Below are positions 63,195 through 64,000 of a stretch of DNA of 64,000 nucleotides, in pieces (within the stretch, counting starts at the first letter, position 1; every line of letters starts with the position of its first letter). The notes below the pieces were generated by a model. That model was not told where the DNA came from, did not search any database, and saw nothing but the letters and a program-made list of their open reading frames with translations. The position numbers were made by a program, and so were the translations under genes. Origin of the DNA: Eledone cirrhosa (lineage: Eukaryota). Location of the stretch: the NCBI GenBank assembly GCA_964016885.1, contig OZ024741.1:352346001-352410000 (forward strand), read 5' to 3'.

Positions 63195-63259
63195 TTTTAT
63201 CTGATGAAAACACATATTATTGCATGATGATATTTGTTTTTGAAATGCGCATAATAAAA
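63195..63259 (+). ncRNA. Minimal type I hammerhead ribozyme
   Basis: ttttat CTGATGA(63201-07) aaaca..tgttt GAAA(63242-45) tgcgca TA ataaaa. Confidence 0.82.
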
Positions 63260-63298
63260 TACATGGAACTCTTTTAACCATCTTTTGATCTTATATAT

Positions 63299-64000
<702 letters not shown>

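Larger units (their letters stand above)
62891..63298. mobile_element. Second copy of the palindromic hammerhead element
   Basis: Same left end gtaggaggtgag as at 577-588; arms ~62980-63137 / 63143-63298 with 5 nt spacer tgatt. Confidence 0.85.

Overview
Eukaryotic (animal) repeat-dominated DNA. The SINE and LINE repertoire resembles coleoid cephalopod (octopus-like) genomes; this is an inference from sequence only. About 29 kb (~45%) is degenerate (TA)n/(TATG)n microsatellite, which explains all the long Tyr-Ile ORFs (artefacts). Embedded in the arrays are RTE LINEs of two types (one with a PHD-like finger, one BovB-like with C-terminal C2H2 fingers), three young CR1-clade LINE copies, tRNA-derived SINEs, a Tc2/pogo-like MITE, a Helitron remnant, and a 5'-truncated Penelope-like element (PLE; RT + GIY-YIG, Naiad-like). 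No intact host gene is evident, only one possible terminal exon. The most interesting signal is a set of seven islands flanked by TA runs that share one architecture: an inverted repeat plus a 55-85 nt one-sided tail. They range from the 2.5 kb PLE down to a 113 bp hairpin. Three of them are palindromes carrying a minimal type I hammerhead ribozyme on each strand, and their arms co-vary within a copy. About 11 hammerhead motifs occur in total, most with a palindromic stem III. The PLE also has an in-frame UGA at a conserved Cys position, a possible selenocysteine.
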